Source: Naegleria gruberi
Taxonomy: Eukaryota
Assembly: GCA_000004985.1 (NCBI GenBank)
Contig: GG738899.1
DNA length: 64,000 nt
Reading direction: 5' to 3' (one strand)
This document shows, piece after piece, positions 10,658-21,746 of the stretch (within the stretch, counting starts at the first letter, position 1; each line of letters starts with the position of its first letter). Made by a program: the position numbers and the translations under genes. The notes beneath the pieces were generated by a model. The model had not been told where the DNA came from and ran no database searches. It saw only the letters and a list, made by a program, of their open reading frames with translations.

Positions 10658-12591
10658 TTGGAAAGTAGAAAAAAATACGAAACCGTTAAATTAAAACCAA
10701 GTGAAACTCGCTTGATCACAATGCCTAGTATTCCCAAGTTGAGTCTTGGTCATCAAAGACAAGCTTCTGTTGACACAACCCATTCTAACAATTCTTCAGA
10801 CGAAACAACTTCTAATTCTTCTTCAACTCTTAGCAATAATTTTCTGAGTGGAACTATTTCATCCGACAATTTAATTTCACAATTCATTGAACCGTTGAGT
10901 AATGCAAGAAAATCTAACGCCAAAATTCATTGGAAGTGTGTCCATGTGATTTCACATCCTGATTTTGAAAGAAAGTAAGTGTGATGATCAAATTTAAAAT
11001 ATTAACTTTAACAAGTGCTTTAGATGATGATTCCTCCTATCATACTACCTTACAGCTTATTCCATTCAGCAGTATGGATGTTGCCACACAAAAATCTAGA
11101 TTTGCCATTATTCACTCCAGTAAGAAGGGTGTTTCAGTGTTGGAATTAATTAATGAACTTACTCAATCAACAGATAATAAGATTGGAAATCAATGGATTG
11201 TAAAGTATCACACAAAATTAGAGTCCAATGGTTTCGGATCAAGTGCAGTATTAACAAAACAAACTACAGAAAAGAAGGAAAAGATTGTTTTCTTTGGTGG
11301 TTACTTCCATGAAAATCAAGAGAGTAATGACAAGTCTTCCTTGTTCCAATCTCAACAAAGATACTCTCTTGAATCCATTAGTCACAATAGAACCCTAACC
11401 AGTAGAATGAAAAAGCTATTCAAATCCTCGAAAGGAGATGTATCTGCTTGTCCTCACCCATCTAACATGTTTTTCAAATACAGATTTGATAAGTATGAGT
11501 TTGGTTTTTCGAAATCTGGGGAAGAAAATTCAGGATCTGAAAAAACACTATCCAGAAAGCCATCATTCATGACTGGTACAACCAATTACTGGCCTGCAAC
11601 TCATGCTAACCACAAAATTTTGAGTGTTGGAAAAGAAATTTATGTATTTGGAGGACATTACATGAAGTGGAATGAACTTACTGAAGATAATCAAAACGAT
11701 GCAGAGAAGAGGACATCTTTTGTCTATATTTTCGATACAAAGAGAAAGAAGTTTGAACAGCCAAAGTTAGTAAGCTTTACACTTCCAAAACCTCAATCAT
11801 CAGTTAGTACTACTGTCAGCACTGATTCACTTGATAGTGCTTCAACACCAACAGCAGAAACACATAAGGATATTCAACTTCCAATTGAAAATGAAGTTGA
11901 TTCAAAGCAAAAGGAAAGAAGAAATTTCTTACTTGATAGTATTAAATCTTTCAGTAGAGAAAGAAAGAACTCATTCCATGATGGAGATAAAATGATGACA
12001 GACCTTCGTGATATTGCTCCAATGAATAGATTTGGTCACAATGTTGTAAATGTAAACGGTGTAGCATATATTTATGGTGGTAAATTAAGAAAGCAATACA
12101 ATAGTGGTAATCCAGACCAAGTCAATCCTCATTCAGATGATTCTGTTTACAGCTTTAATTTCAGAACTGGTCAATTCTCTAGGTTAAGAATTAAAAGCCA
12201 TGACAAGCCACATCCTAGAATGTTCCATGCCATGGTTGAAATTCCAGAAAACAATTGTTTCCTTATGATGGGTGGTCAAAATGTAACAGAGCAAGTTCTT
12301 GAAGATGAAACACTAAGTATGATGATGGAAGAAGTTAAAATGAAAAAGGGGACTGAAACAGAGGCAACAAACTTCTTGGATGATTGTTATGTTTTCGATA
12401 TTCTGAGATCAGAATGGTCAAAAGTCAAACAAAGTGGTCACTTGCCACTCAATGCATCAAACTTTGGATTTGAACATGAAGCAACTAGAGTACCTGTTGC
12501 CCTAGCTAGAACTAAGGAAGGAGATTTCTTGTGTGTTGTAAAGAATGGTCTTGGATCATTGGAAGTCTATTTAGGACAATCTAATTTTTAA
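10658..12591 (+). CDS. Kelch-repeat (beta-propeller) protein; proposed two-exon model join(10658..10974,11016..12591).
   Basis: The downstream ORF has repeated Kelch-like motifs: VFFGGYFHEN, IYVFGGHYMKW, AYIYGGKLRK, CFLMMGGQNV. A perfect GTAAGT donor sits at 10975 and an AG acceptor at 11014-11015; the resulting 41-nt intron joins the two track ORFs in frame (ER-N-ALDDDSSY). The true start within exon 1 is uncertain. Confidence 0.5.
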
Positions 12592-12731
12592 ATTAAATTT
12601 TATTTACATTAAATCCTTAAGAAATGATTAATTTGGATCAGAGTTCTATTTAAAGAATTGATTAATTAATCAGTGGAATAGATGGTAGTGAGGCAAACAT
12701 TTTATTGGATAGGCTTCCTCTCAAGCTTATT

Positions 12732-15700
12732 TTACATTAAATTGGATTGTTTCAATAATTCTTCTCTGCTGTTACTGGAAGTGGAATATTCTTCAAACTC
12801 TTGTGTATAGAAAAATCTAGAGAAAGTATCTGATAGATTGATTAATATTTGATCTGTAAGGGATTTGATATTATCAACAACCATATCAGATAAATTTGCA
12901 GGAAGGGAGTTCTTTTTTGTTTTGGAAACTGATTGCTTCTCGTCTACTAATTCGAGATTATTTGCATTTTTCAACTTTGCCACCATTGAGGCAAAAGATT
13001 TTCTGCAATCAGATGGAATATTCACTTCCCTAATAGAACCAGATTTCACATAATCATCATAAATATTGTTAATAAACTCTATTATTTCTGCCAGTCCCTT
13101 TTCGATAATATTGGAGTTTTTGGTTAAATGTAAATAGAGTTGAAGATTTTCAAGTGAAAACTCTTTTCTGCAGAAACTATCAAATATCTTTAGGAATATT
13201 GGATTTTCTAGGTATTGATTGATTTCTACCTTCTCTTGTTCATTCTTTTCACCATTCCACACTTTCATTCTTTGGGCTAACAATACAAGAAGGGAATAAC
13301 CTCCATACACTAGCATGTATGTAACAATATGTAATACCTCGAAAATGATTGAAACCGAGTCATAGGTCACTACAGTTCTTACTATAGCCAATGGTGCTAA
13401 TTTTGTTTCGGTATAACCTGTTAGTAACAGCCTATAGTTAAGACTAGCCATTCCCAAAGCTTGTACAATGACAAGGAAAATAAATGAAATAACAAACAAA
13501 ATCATTTCAGCTCTGAAGAACAGTGGAGAATCAGCCTCTACAAACCAAGAAAAGAGGAAATTGAAAACCTTACCCAAAATATTTTGAGCTTTCATCTTTT
13601 GAGATTCTTTAGATCTGTTGGTTGTTTCATTCTTGTTCAAATTTCTCTGATACCATGTCATTATCAAATCTACTGAAAATATACAACAAACAGCAAAACC
13701 AATAAATAGAATTGCAACAGTATAAGAAATGGAAACTATTTGGGTGTATTCAGGGCCAGTAATCACGTTTGTTCTAACTAAAATAACCCACAAAGTCCAA
13801 TATGCTAAATTGATAAATGCAAAAGTAATCAACATAATGCTGTAGAATTTTGCAGATATCAGATGCTTGATAAAGTGAAGAAATCTACTTGCAGTCACCT
13901 TATCGTTCATTAAGGATAATTCATTATAGAAATATTTTAAAAATTCAAATCTCATAACCTGATACAAGTATGTCATGATTGCACACAGGGTTATGGTGTT
14001 TACAATAATTGTAATAATATTTGCCAATATAGAGGAAGCTAGATAACTATTGGCATCGTTTGATTGGGTAGAGGAAATCAAAACACTTCGTTGAACAATG
14101 AGTAGAAGAGAGCTTTGGGTAATCAAAGCTGCCATTCCCAAGAAAGGGGTTGTGAATCTGCTCTTTACAGGTTGTTTGTTAGCATTCAAAGCTAATCCTA
14201 TCAAGACTGCAACAGCACAAATCAAGTAAACTGAACCTAGGGCAATCTGAGTACCATGAACACCAATAAATTGATCGACATATGGTTCAAATGTAATACC
14301 CACAGGAACTTGCTCTATAAAAGCAGAAAATAAAGTGGTATGAGTACAAGAGCAAACAATTTCACCAGTTGCCGAGTTTAAGGATTTCAAAGTGCAACCG
14401 TCAGTATCCCATTTGGACATGGTTTCATTCCAATATTTACAAATGATTCTACTATTATTGCTAGAGCTAATGGGGGTGTTTGAATTGAATGAAATTGAAA
14501 AAGGTTTCACAAGGCTCTTCAAATTCATGCTGTTGCCGTTCCTATGCATTGTGAAATCCTTAGCATTGGCAGCGAAGGTGGCATTAGTCTCTGGATACAC
14601 TATTCCATTAAAGGATACTACAGATAAACCAACTTCAGTGGAGAAGGAGGAGTATTGTGCAAGAATGGAATCAGCTTCAAATAAAATTGAGTCAAACCGA
14701 TTTGTTACCGTTGAAGTTGAAGCACTGTCTTTCGAAAAACTTGAGTATGTAATATTAATATTGGCTGAAGTTATAATTGTTGAAGGCAAGAGTGTATCAC
14801 TTGAAGTAAGGAGGGTTGGTATTGAGGAAATTACTAAAAGTGAAGACAATTTGGTCGCTAAACGACTATCCAATCCCTTTTGAACTAAATTGGATGATGT
14901 TGAAAGAATCGTTTTCGTATCTTCATCTGAGATCTTGGAAGACACAAATCCCTGTTGGCTCTTTTGAGTTTTGTAAGAATTTACAGAATTTCCAAGGTAA
15001 GAATCCAGGTTTTGTATAATTAAATTGGACACAGAGGTAGTGAGATTTTTTTCAGACATAGAATACAGTGATCCAAGTCCAACTGTTGGATTTTCCGCTG
15101 AAATAGTGAAATTCTGCATAGCCATTAACAGTAATTGGTCATATTCATCCGATGATCCAGTGAATGATGAGTCATATGGAACCACTTTAGCAATTCTTGA
15201 ATCGGTCTTCATTAGAGACATTGCCTCACTTGGGGTGCTGTAGAATCTAAGCATTGTCACAACTGATTGAACTAAAACTGACTGTACATTAGATAAGTTA
15301 TCCTTTGCAAAGACCACCAAGTCTGTTGGCTTGTTTTGTTCCATATTTTTTGTGAAAGGCAAATAAGTCAGTAATTGTTGGCCCATAGGTACAAATTCAG
15401 TTAATCGTAGAGTCTGGTTGTTGTAAACAATACCTATTGCAAAAGAAAGCGGGGATTGATCTGCAGAGAAAATTTTCCAGTCGCTTTCGTTTTCCTGAAT
15501 ACTAAACAAGGTATACAGACCAACTCCTCTGTTAGGAGATATATTTAGATTTGAATTTGATGACTTTCTAATTATTGAGCTGGCTACAGGAATGGTGTGA
15601 TTAATCACCATAGTGTTTTGGATAGCACCAGTAATTGTAAAGGAAAGGGTAGCAAAATTAGTAGAACCTTCAAGTTTTACCAATCCTTTGACATTAACAA

Positions 15701-17564
15701 AGGGGTTGAGACTAATACTGGTGAAATTAGAGTTTTTGTTTGCTGTTCCTCTTGTAGTAATTTGATCAGAGCTTGAATATATTCTTTCCTCATACACAAG
15801 CTTCCATGAAATAGAGATGATAGTTGAACAGCTATTACATTCGTTTTGGTTAATTAATGCCAAAAATCTTTTTGTGTCAATGTTGAATCCTGTCAGGACA
15901 CTGTCAATCATTTGATTTTGTGATAGGGATATAGCTTTGATTATATCAGTAACATTGGAGGTGCTATCAAAACTTGAATTATTTGCATAAGTTGAATTGA
16001 ATGTGCTATTATCTACCCCAATTGGTGGTATTACAGTAACTGTAAAATTAACAGAATTAGAGGTTCTAATTATTGCTCCTTCTTGTATATGATTCACCCT
16101 AACAGTTACAATGAAGGTTCCAAGGCTTGAAGCATTAAATAACAATGAACTGAAATTATTATCAATTGGCATTGCACATTTTTCGCAATTCCATATAAAA
16201 TTAATCCCATTAGTAATAGTTTCTGAAACATTAATCTGTAGAACTTGAGATTTTCCTATCTCAACATCATAATTTGAATTAATTGCATTGATAAGAAAAG
16301 ATGAATTGAATTGGCATTGATTTCCCACGAATCCTACTCTACAACTGCATGTATCAGTTTTTGCGCAGTTGCCTCTTCCACTGCAAACAGATGAGTCGTT
16401 TGATAATTTTCCATAACAATAACTTATCAGACATTGTGGATCTGAGCTATTTGTATCACAATTCATTAAATTGAGTCTTCCTATCTGTAGGGTATTCGTA
16501 TCTGTGAAATAGAGAGTTCCGTTTGAATGGACATATAATCCAACAGGTTTGCTAACAGAGATTCCATATTTAGATTCTGCCAATATCGTTCTTATTGTAT
16601 TCTTCTCTATATTAAATACTTTGATTTTTCCTGAATCAGTATCAGCAATATATAGCATTTTACCATCTGGACTCAAAGCTATCCCTTGAGGATTATTCAA
16701 GTTGTGACTAAGAGGATCCAAAGCATCATTTTCAGAAGTGAAAGGGTTTTCTCCTGACCCCACAACAGTTTCCAATAATTTGCTAGAAACGTTATATCTC
16801 TTGATCAAGTTTGTTTCACTATCACAAATGTAGAGGATATCACTTGAAGACATTGCCAGAGAAGTTGGTTTTTGTAGGCCTCCTTGTTGTATCCCTAAAT
16901 CAATCTCAATCTCATTTACAAATCCATCCGTGCCAACTCTAAATATCTTGTCATTGCTGGTAACATAAAGAATTGAGGAATAGAGAGCCAATCCCTTTGG
17001 TTCAATAAGATTAATATGCGCCTTATCATAAGGTGGCGCATATTCAGCCGACCTGTTTCCACTTCCAACATAGTTTTGCAATATCCCTGATGATAGTACT
17101 AGTTTTTTGATGAAATCATTATTAGTGTCAGTAAATAGTACAGTATCCGAATCCATAAAAACAACAGAAGATGGTGAATTTAGAGGAGAAGTAGGACCAA
17201 AAGCAGAACCACCAAGGTCAATAGTAGCATTACCTGAATAACCTGCTCCAGCCAAAACATATGCTGGTGCACCATTATCTGAGAAAAACAACAATCTATG
17301 ACTTCCACTATCAACAACAATAATTGTGTTAGCATCCTTAACTAAAACCGAAGTTGGAGACTTTAAAAGTGAAGTATCCACTGGAAACAAATCCGCCGAT
17401 GTTACAACAGTAGTATCAATAATTGTTGTATTGACATCGATAAGTTCTGGAGGAAGAGGAATTGGTGTTGGTGAGGGTCCAGGAGCCGGCGCAAAATCAG
17501 CAACGATAACTGATGTCAGAACAAGCACAAGAACCAAAAGAAATAGAGGTGTGTATCTTGACAT
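12732..17564 (-). CDS. Adhesion-GPCR-like receptor with a C-terminal RGS domain (1610 aa). Domain order: signal peptide, NHL-repeat beta-propeller, EGF-like module, long Ser/Thr/Asn-rich stalk, GPS/GAIN-like motif, seven TM helices, RGS box.
   Basis: Signal peptide MSRYTPLFLLVLVLVLTSVIVA. NHL-like blades (e.g. LNNPQGIALSPDGKMLYIADTDSGKIKVFN). EGF module CSGRGNCAKTDTCSCRVGFVGNQCQ. GPS-like motif CKYWNETMSKWDTDGCTLKSLNSATGEIVCSCTHTTLFSAF sits immediately before the first of seven hydrophobic helices. C-terminal RGS-like motif FLKIFDSFCRKEFSLENLQLYLHL. Single ORF, ATG at 17562-17564, TAA stop. Confidence 0.8.
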   Translation of the reverse strand: MSRYTPLFLLVLVLVLTSVIVADFAPAPGPSPTPIPLPPELIDVNTTIIDTTVVTSADLFPVDTSLLKSPTSVLVKDANTIIVVDSGSHRLLFFSDNGAPAYVLAGAGYSGNATIDLGGSAFGPTSPLNSPSSVVFMDSDTVLFTDTNNDFIKKLVLSSGILQNYVGSGNRSAEYAPPYDKAHINLIEPKGLALYSSILYVTSNDKIFRVGTDGFVNEIEIDLGIQQGGLQKPTSLAMSSSDILYICDSETNLIKRYNVSSKLLETVVGSGENPFTSENDALDPLSHNLNNPQGIALSPDGKMLYIADTDSGKIKVFNIEKNTIRTILAESKYGISVSKPVGLYVHSNGTLYFTDTNTLQIGRLNLMNCDTNSSDPQCLISYCYGKLSNDSSVCSGRGNCAKTDTCSCRVGFVGNQCQFNSSFLINAINSNYDVEIGKSQVLQINVSETITNGINFIWNCEKCAMPIDNNFSSLLFNASSLGTFIVTVRVNHIQEGAIIRTSNSVNFTVTVIPPIGVDNSTFNSTYANNSSFDSTSNVTDIIKAISLSQNQMIDSVLTGFNIDTKRFLALINQNECNSCSTIISISWKLVYEERIYSSSDQITTRGTANKNSNFTSISLNPFVNVKGLVKLEGSTNFATLSFTITGAIQNTMVINHTIPVASSIIRKSSNSNLNISPNRGVGLYTLFSIQENESDWKIFSADQSPLSFAIGIVYNNQTLRLTEFVPMGQQLLTYLPFTKNMEQNKPTDLVVFAKDNLSNVQSVLVQSVVTMLRFYSTPSEAMSLMKTDSRIAKVVPYDSSFTGSSDEYDQLLLMAMQNFTISAENPTVGLGSLYSMSEKNLTTSVSNLIIQNLDSYLGNSVNSYKTQKSQQGFVSSKISDEDTKTILSTSSNLVQKGLDSRLATKLSSLLVISSIPTLLTSSDTLLPSTIITSANINITYSSFSKDSASTSTVTNRFDSILFEADSILAQYSSFSTEVGLSVVSFNGIVYPETNATFAANAKDFTMHRNGNSMNLKSLVKPFSISFNSNTPISSSNNSRIICKYWNETMSKWDTDGCTLKSLNSATGEIVCSCTHTTLFSAFIEQVPVGITFEPYVDQFIGVHGTQIALGSVYLICAVAVLIGLALNANKQPVKSRFTTPFLGMAALITQSSLLLIVQRSVLISSTQSNDANSYLASSILANIITIIVNTITLCAIMTYLYQVMRFEFLKYFYNELSLMNDKVTASRFLHFIKHLISAKFYSIMLITFAFINLAYWTLWVILVRTNVITGPEYTQIVSISYTVAILFIGFAVCCIFSVDLIMTWYQRNLNKNETTNRSKESQKMKAQNILGKVFNFLFSWFVEADSPLFFRAEMILFVISFIFLVIVQALGMASLNYRLLLTGYTETKLAPLAIVRTVVTYDSVSIIFEVLHIVTYMLVYGGYSLLVLLAQRMKVWNGEKNEQEKVEINQYLENPIFLKIFDSFCRKEFSLENLQLYLHLTKNSNIIEKGLAEIIEFINNIYDDYVKSGSIREVNIPSDCRKSFASMVAKLKNANNLELVDEKQSVSKTKKNSLPANLSDMVVDNIKSLTDQILINLSDTFSRFFYTQEFEEYSTSSNSREELLKQSNLM

Positions 17565-18964
17565 GCTTTTTTTTCTAATATGATTGTTGACACGATTAAT
17601 TGACCTGCCGAAATCACATGAGTTCTGCAGTGCAGAAATTTTTAGTTACTTGGCGAATTTGCTTTACCTTCCAAACTAAATATGATTGTAATCATATCTT
17701 TTTACGTAACATCCTGTCCGTTGTATTTAATTTTTTGATGAACCACCTTAAACCTCACAGTGATCAGACGTTTTAATTTCCGAAAATAAATTCATGATGA
17801 AAAATAAGGTACGATGCTTGTTATTAATGTTTTTGCATTTTTTTTAAGGTTTCCAGAAAATCTTTTACAATAAAATACAAAACTCTCTGAGATCTCCTTA
17901 ACAATGAGTTTGAGATTCAACAAAAACCCCATTCCTTTTCAGATTCAAATTGACAATTATCCTCGATCTACAGTTTACAGTAAATCGTATAAAAGGAGTT
18001 GAACATTTGAGATTGAATCACACCCTTGATCTATATGACTTTAATGAATAAAATAAAGTTTAGTACTTGTTACAAATAACATTCCAAGGCAAAGAGAAGG
18101 AAACCGTACTGGAGTCCATGTATTATATACTATCTATGTCTCAATTTGTGACTAATCTCCATGGGTTATAAAATGGTATTGTTTAGTATATGGACTATAC
18201 AATCAAGTTCATTAGATAAGCGACCTCACCCCAAGTACATATTTGTATAAGATGAATTGTATAAAAAAAGCTAATTGAGACAAATGATACAAGGATCCTT
18301 ACCACACATCTCTATTAATTGAAATAGATAGAAGGAAGCCATTCTTGGAGTTTATTAAATATGAAAGAGGATTCTCCCATACTATACTACTGTATGATTT
18401 GAAAGAATCCTCTAAAACAATAATAAGGCACTTTTATGTACACAAAATGCATTTTCCACATTTTTAGTTTATTTATTTTAATTACATTGACGAGATTTAA
18501 TGAATACAGATCAACAGGATTTACTTCATCACTTAAGATACAATTATTACACCTCATTCATTCTTAATATAATTGTTCACCACTCATCATTGCAAGTCGA
18601 CACAAAATCATATCATCCAATTATATTAATTGTAACTAAGATCCACTTACTCTTTCAAACCTTCTCTTCATCACTCACCAATATCCTGCCATCACGGATT
18701 TCCATTGTTTTTCGTTTTATTGTCGCTACGTCTCATCATGAACAAAAATGGATTTTTTATGGCAATGCATCTTGTTAAAGTCACTATAAGAAAAGAGCAC
18801 GGGATTCTCAACAGCTAGAACCTCCGTACTGTTAGTTAAGTCTTATGACAACGTTTTATTATTTGAAAAGGTTTAAAAGGTACAAAATGCAATGATTCTC
18901 AGGACATATCAAAAAAAAACAAATCAATACAATCTGTTTCTCTAATATCTTTAAAAGAATAACA

Positions 18965-19525
18965 ATGAAGCAAATTAACGAACTAGTACAGCTGAGTCAT
19001 GCCGCTGCTTCTGATTCTCAATCAGAATCAAATTCATCATCATGGATACAACCAGGATTAAAAGGCAATCAACTTTCTATTCCTTCAAGTTTAGTTGCCC
19101 CAAAACGTCAAAGACGTTCCACAGACCATTCCAAAGTTATCGTAAAGAATTATAAGAATACTAGTAGTGATAATGGAGCCATTCTTACTCACTTTAAATC
19201 ACTTGCCTACAAACCACAAAAGCGTTTGAGAAAGAAGAAGAAGGCTGACCCAAAGTTAGTCGACTTTTTATGGCGTCAAATTGATTCTGCTGATATTCAT
19301 GCTGTTTCTGTCTTTGGTGACTGTCAACAATCAAGTGGTTGGTGTTGTGCAACAAACAAATATCATGCTGGTCATCATCATTTTGCTTGTGTGAATCATA
19401 AAACAACCAAAGCAAAGAAAGCACAAGACTATATGAATCCTTCCTCTTCCACAAGTACAAGCAGTGATGAAGACGGTAAAAAGATGCAGAGAACATCCAT
19501 CTCTATCAGAGAATTGTTACTTTAA
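18965..19525 (+). CDS. Hypothetical basic protein (186 aa) with a Cys/His cluster (CQQSSGWCCATNKYHAGHHHFACVNH).
   Basis: ORF from the track; no confident homology. Confidence 0.3.
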   Translation: MKQINELVQLSHAAASDSQSESNSSSWIQPGLKGNQLSIPSSLVAPKRQRRSTDHSKVIVKNYKNTSSDNGAILTHFKSLAYKPQKRLRKKKKADPKLVDFLWRQIDSADIHAVSVFGDCQQSSGWCCATNKYHAGHHHFACVNHKTTKAKKAQDYMNPSSSTSTSSDEDGKKMQRTSISIRELLL

Positions 19526-20545
19526 TGCTTTGAACGATCGAGAATCCTCTCACATTTTTGGCGAATACGATATCCGATACGAGTTGAACGATGAACGAAC
19601 TGACCACTACTTGAATAACAGCATTGTGCTACTTGAAACAGAGTCTAAAGTTGTTGTAATCAGCATTGCTCTCTAATTGTTGTAATTTTAAAATAAATAC
19701 AAATTGAAAAACAAATAATACTCAAATAACGTATTTTTCTTTTATTCTCCAATTCAAGGATGATAACACATCATATTGTATTTTCTTTGAAAATCTTGTC
19801 TCAACACTAACATTTTCATATAAGGAATGCAAGAAGGTTGATAATAAACTAACTGCTTGCGTAAATATAATTTTCTCAATCTTCCCATTTGGAAGCTCGG
19901 GTTCCACGTCTAGCCAGAAAGACCTCACGCATCGGTACGTTGTGCCTTAATTCGCTACAAATTTGGGGATGGGTCAGATTACTTATAAGACTTGAGGAAA
20001 CACTATAAATTGATGGCACAAATCAATTCATATTTGCACCAATCAAAACAAAAACAAATCTAAAATATCTTCCATTAAAGAAATTGTCCAACCATTCTAT
20101 ACCAAGTGTTTGATTGTTAATGAAGATGGTGTTGAAAAAGTTGCTCCATTGAAGGAGGCCCTTACTTGCTGATTCATTCGAATCTATTAACATTTCTGAA
20201 ACCAAGCAAAAGGCTAAATTAATTGGACAAGTTCAATTCTTCTGGTAATAAATTCCAAATCTTGCTTGGTCTATCCAGGAAATGTTGCAAGATGGCAATA
20301 AGGTTATTGTCAGATCAATTGCCACTGGTAATCCAAAGGGTAATTTTATGGGAATTGAATGTGATGGCCCTAAGGCATTCAAGATTATGACCATTGATAT
20401 TAACACAGTTGAAAATAATCAAATTGCCAAGGTTCACCATTTGGAGGAATCGATCAAACAATTGCAACAATAAGGACGTGAGCAAATAAAACTCACAATT
20501 TAAGATCTTCTTAATGTTACATATCATCGGATTTTCTTAACTCTT

Positions 20546-21649
20546 TCAGCAACATCTTCTATGAACAATGGTAGGTCCACTCTCTTCATATTCTTCTCTT
20601 TTGATACACATGTTATTAAAGTTCGATAAGGATGCAAATATGCAACCTCCCTTCCAAGTAAGATAATTTCTATTTGGTAAATCTTTAACGTGTATCTTCA
20701 TTGTTGGTGCTAATTCACTCAATTCCTTGTGCATTCTCTCAGCAAATCCCCTAAACATAGTCGTTCCACCAGCCAAGACTATATTAGAAAAGAATTCTCT
20801 CCTCATATCCAAGTCAGATTTTCCAATAGAGTTGAAAACTATTTCAGCAACACCTGCTTCCTCCATTCCAAAAATATTTGGACTAAACAATACTTCTGTG
20901 CTTTTAAATCGTTCCTTTCCAATATTTATGATGGTCCCATCTGGTAATTCATAATCAATTAAAATGGATTCCTCGCTTAATTTAAGCTCTTCCTCATAAT
21001 TCAGAGCAACGTAGCCGAACAATTCCTTAATTTCTCTTACAATTCTTTTTTCTGATGTTGTTCTAAACTCATAATTTCTTGACTTGAATAACTCCACCAT
21101 ATTATCCACTATAACATCTCTGGACACAAATTTCAATTCCAAAACTGAATTATGGAGAGCATGACCTTCATAAATAGGAATAGCTCTCGTACAACTCTCT
21201 CCACCATCCAGAACTACTCCAGTGGTATTTCCTGATCCGTACAAGGCCAACACACCCTGTAAAGCAACATACATTCCTCCAAAATTGAAATCTTCAAACA
21301 TTATTTGAGTCATCTTTTCTCGATGACTTTTCGGAACGCCACAATTTTCACTCATTAAAATTAATTCATCTTCTCTCGATCCATTAAATTTATTAAATCC
21401 ATAATTCCAAATTCTTGTCATATCATCCCAATCAGTGATGATTCCATACTCCATCGGGTATCTTGCCTGAATAATTCCTCCCTTATTGGCTGCATCCTCT
21501 CCCACATAATCACCCTTATCACCATATCCTTGCCAATTATAAATTTGTTTAGGTTTTCCTAATAGCGTCGGAAAGTCTAGAGGTAATTCAGAGTTAGAGT
21601 AGCCGAGTTTGATCTTGAAGGAACCATTATCAACAATGAGTGTTTGCAT
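20546..21649 (-). CDS. Actin-related protein (367 aa); a divergent actin-family member, possibly Arp1/centractin-like.
   Basis: Actin-fold signatures throughout: LIVDNGS, YPMEYGIITDWDDMTRIWNYGF, REKMTQIMFEDFN, MYVALQGVLALYGSG, VLAGGTTMFRGFAERMHKEL, GPTIVHRRCC at the C-terminus. ATG at 21647-21649, TGA stop. No intron is needed. Confidence 0.8.
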   Translation of the reverse strand: MQTLIVDNGSFKIKLGYSNSELPLDFPTLLGKPKQIYNWQGYGDKGDYVGEDAANKGGIIQARYPMEYGIITDWDDMTRIWNYGFNKFNGSREDELILMSENCGVPKSHREKMTQIMFEDFNFGGMYVALQGVLALYGSGNTTGVVLDGGESCTRAIPIYEGHALHNSVLELKFVSRDVIVDNMVELFKSRNYEFRTTSEKRIVREIKELFGYVALNYEEELKLSEESILIDYELPDGTIINIGKERFKSTEVLFSPNIFGMEEAGVAEIVFNSIGKSDLDMRREFFSNIVLAGGTTMFRGFAERMHKELSELAPTMKIHVKDLPNRNYLTWKGGCIFASLSNFNNMCIKREEYEESGPTIVHRRCC

Positions 21650-21746
21650 TTTTTGATCTTTTAAAATTGTTTGGAAAATTGTAAAGTGTCATCATCAACA
21701 TCATCTTTCAAACATTATCAAAAAAATTGTCATTGCATTGTATTAG

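Noticed and set aside
20282-20473. 63-aa ORF (MLQDGNKVIVRSIATGNPKG ...) as a small Sm-like, roadblock or similar protein, with a possible upstream exon at 20221-20244
   Set aside because: There is no convincing motif match. The only candidate donor (GTAATA) is weak, and an overlapping antisense ORF is equally plausible. Left unannotated.
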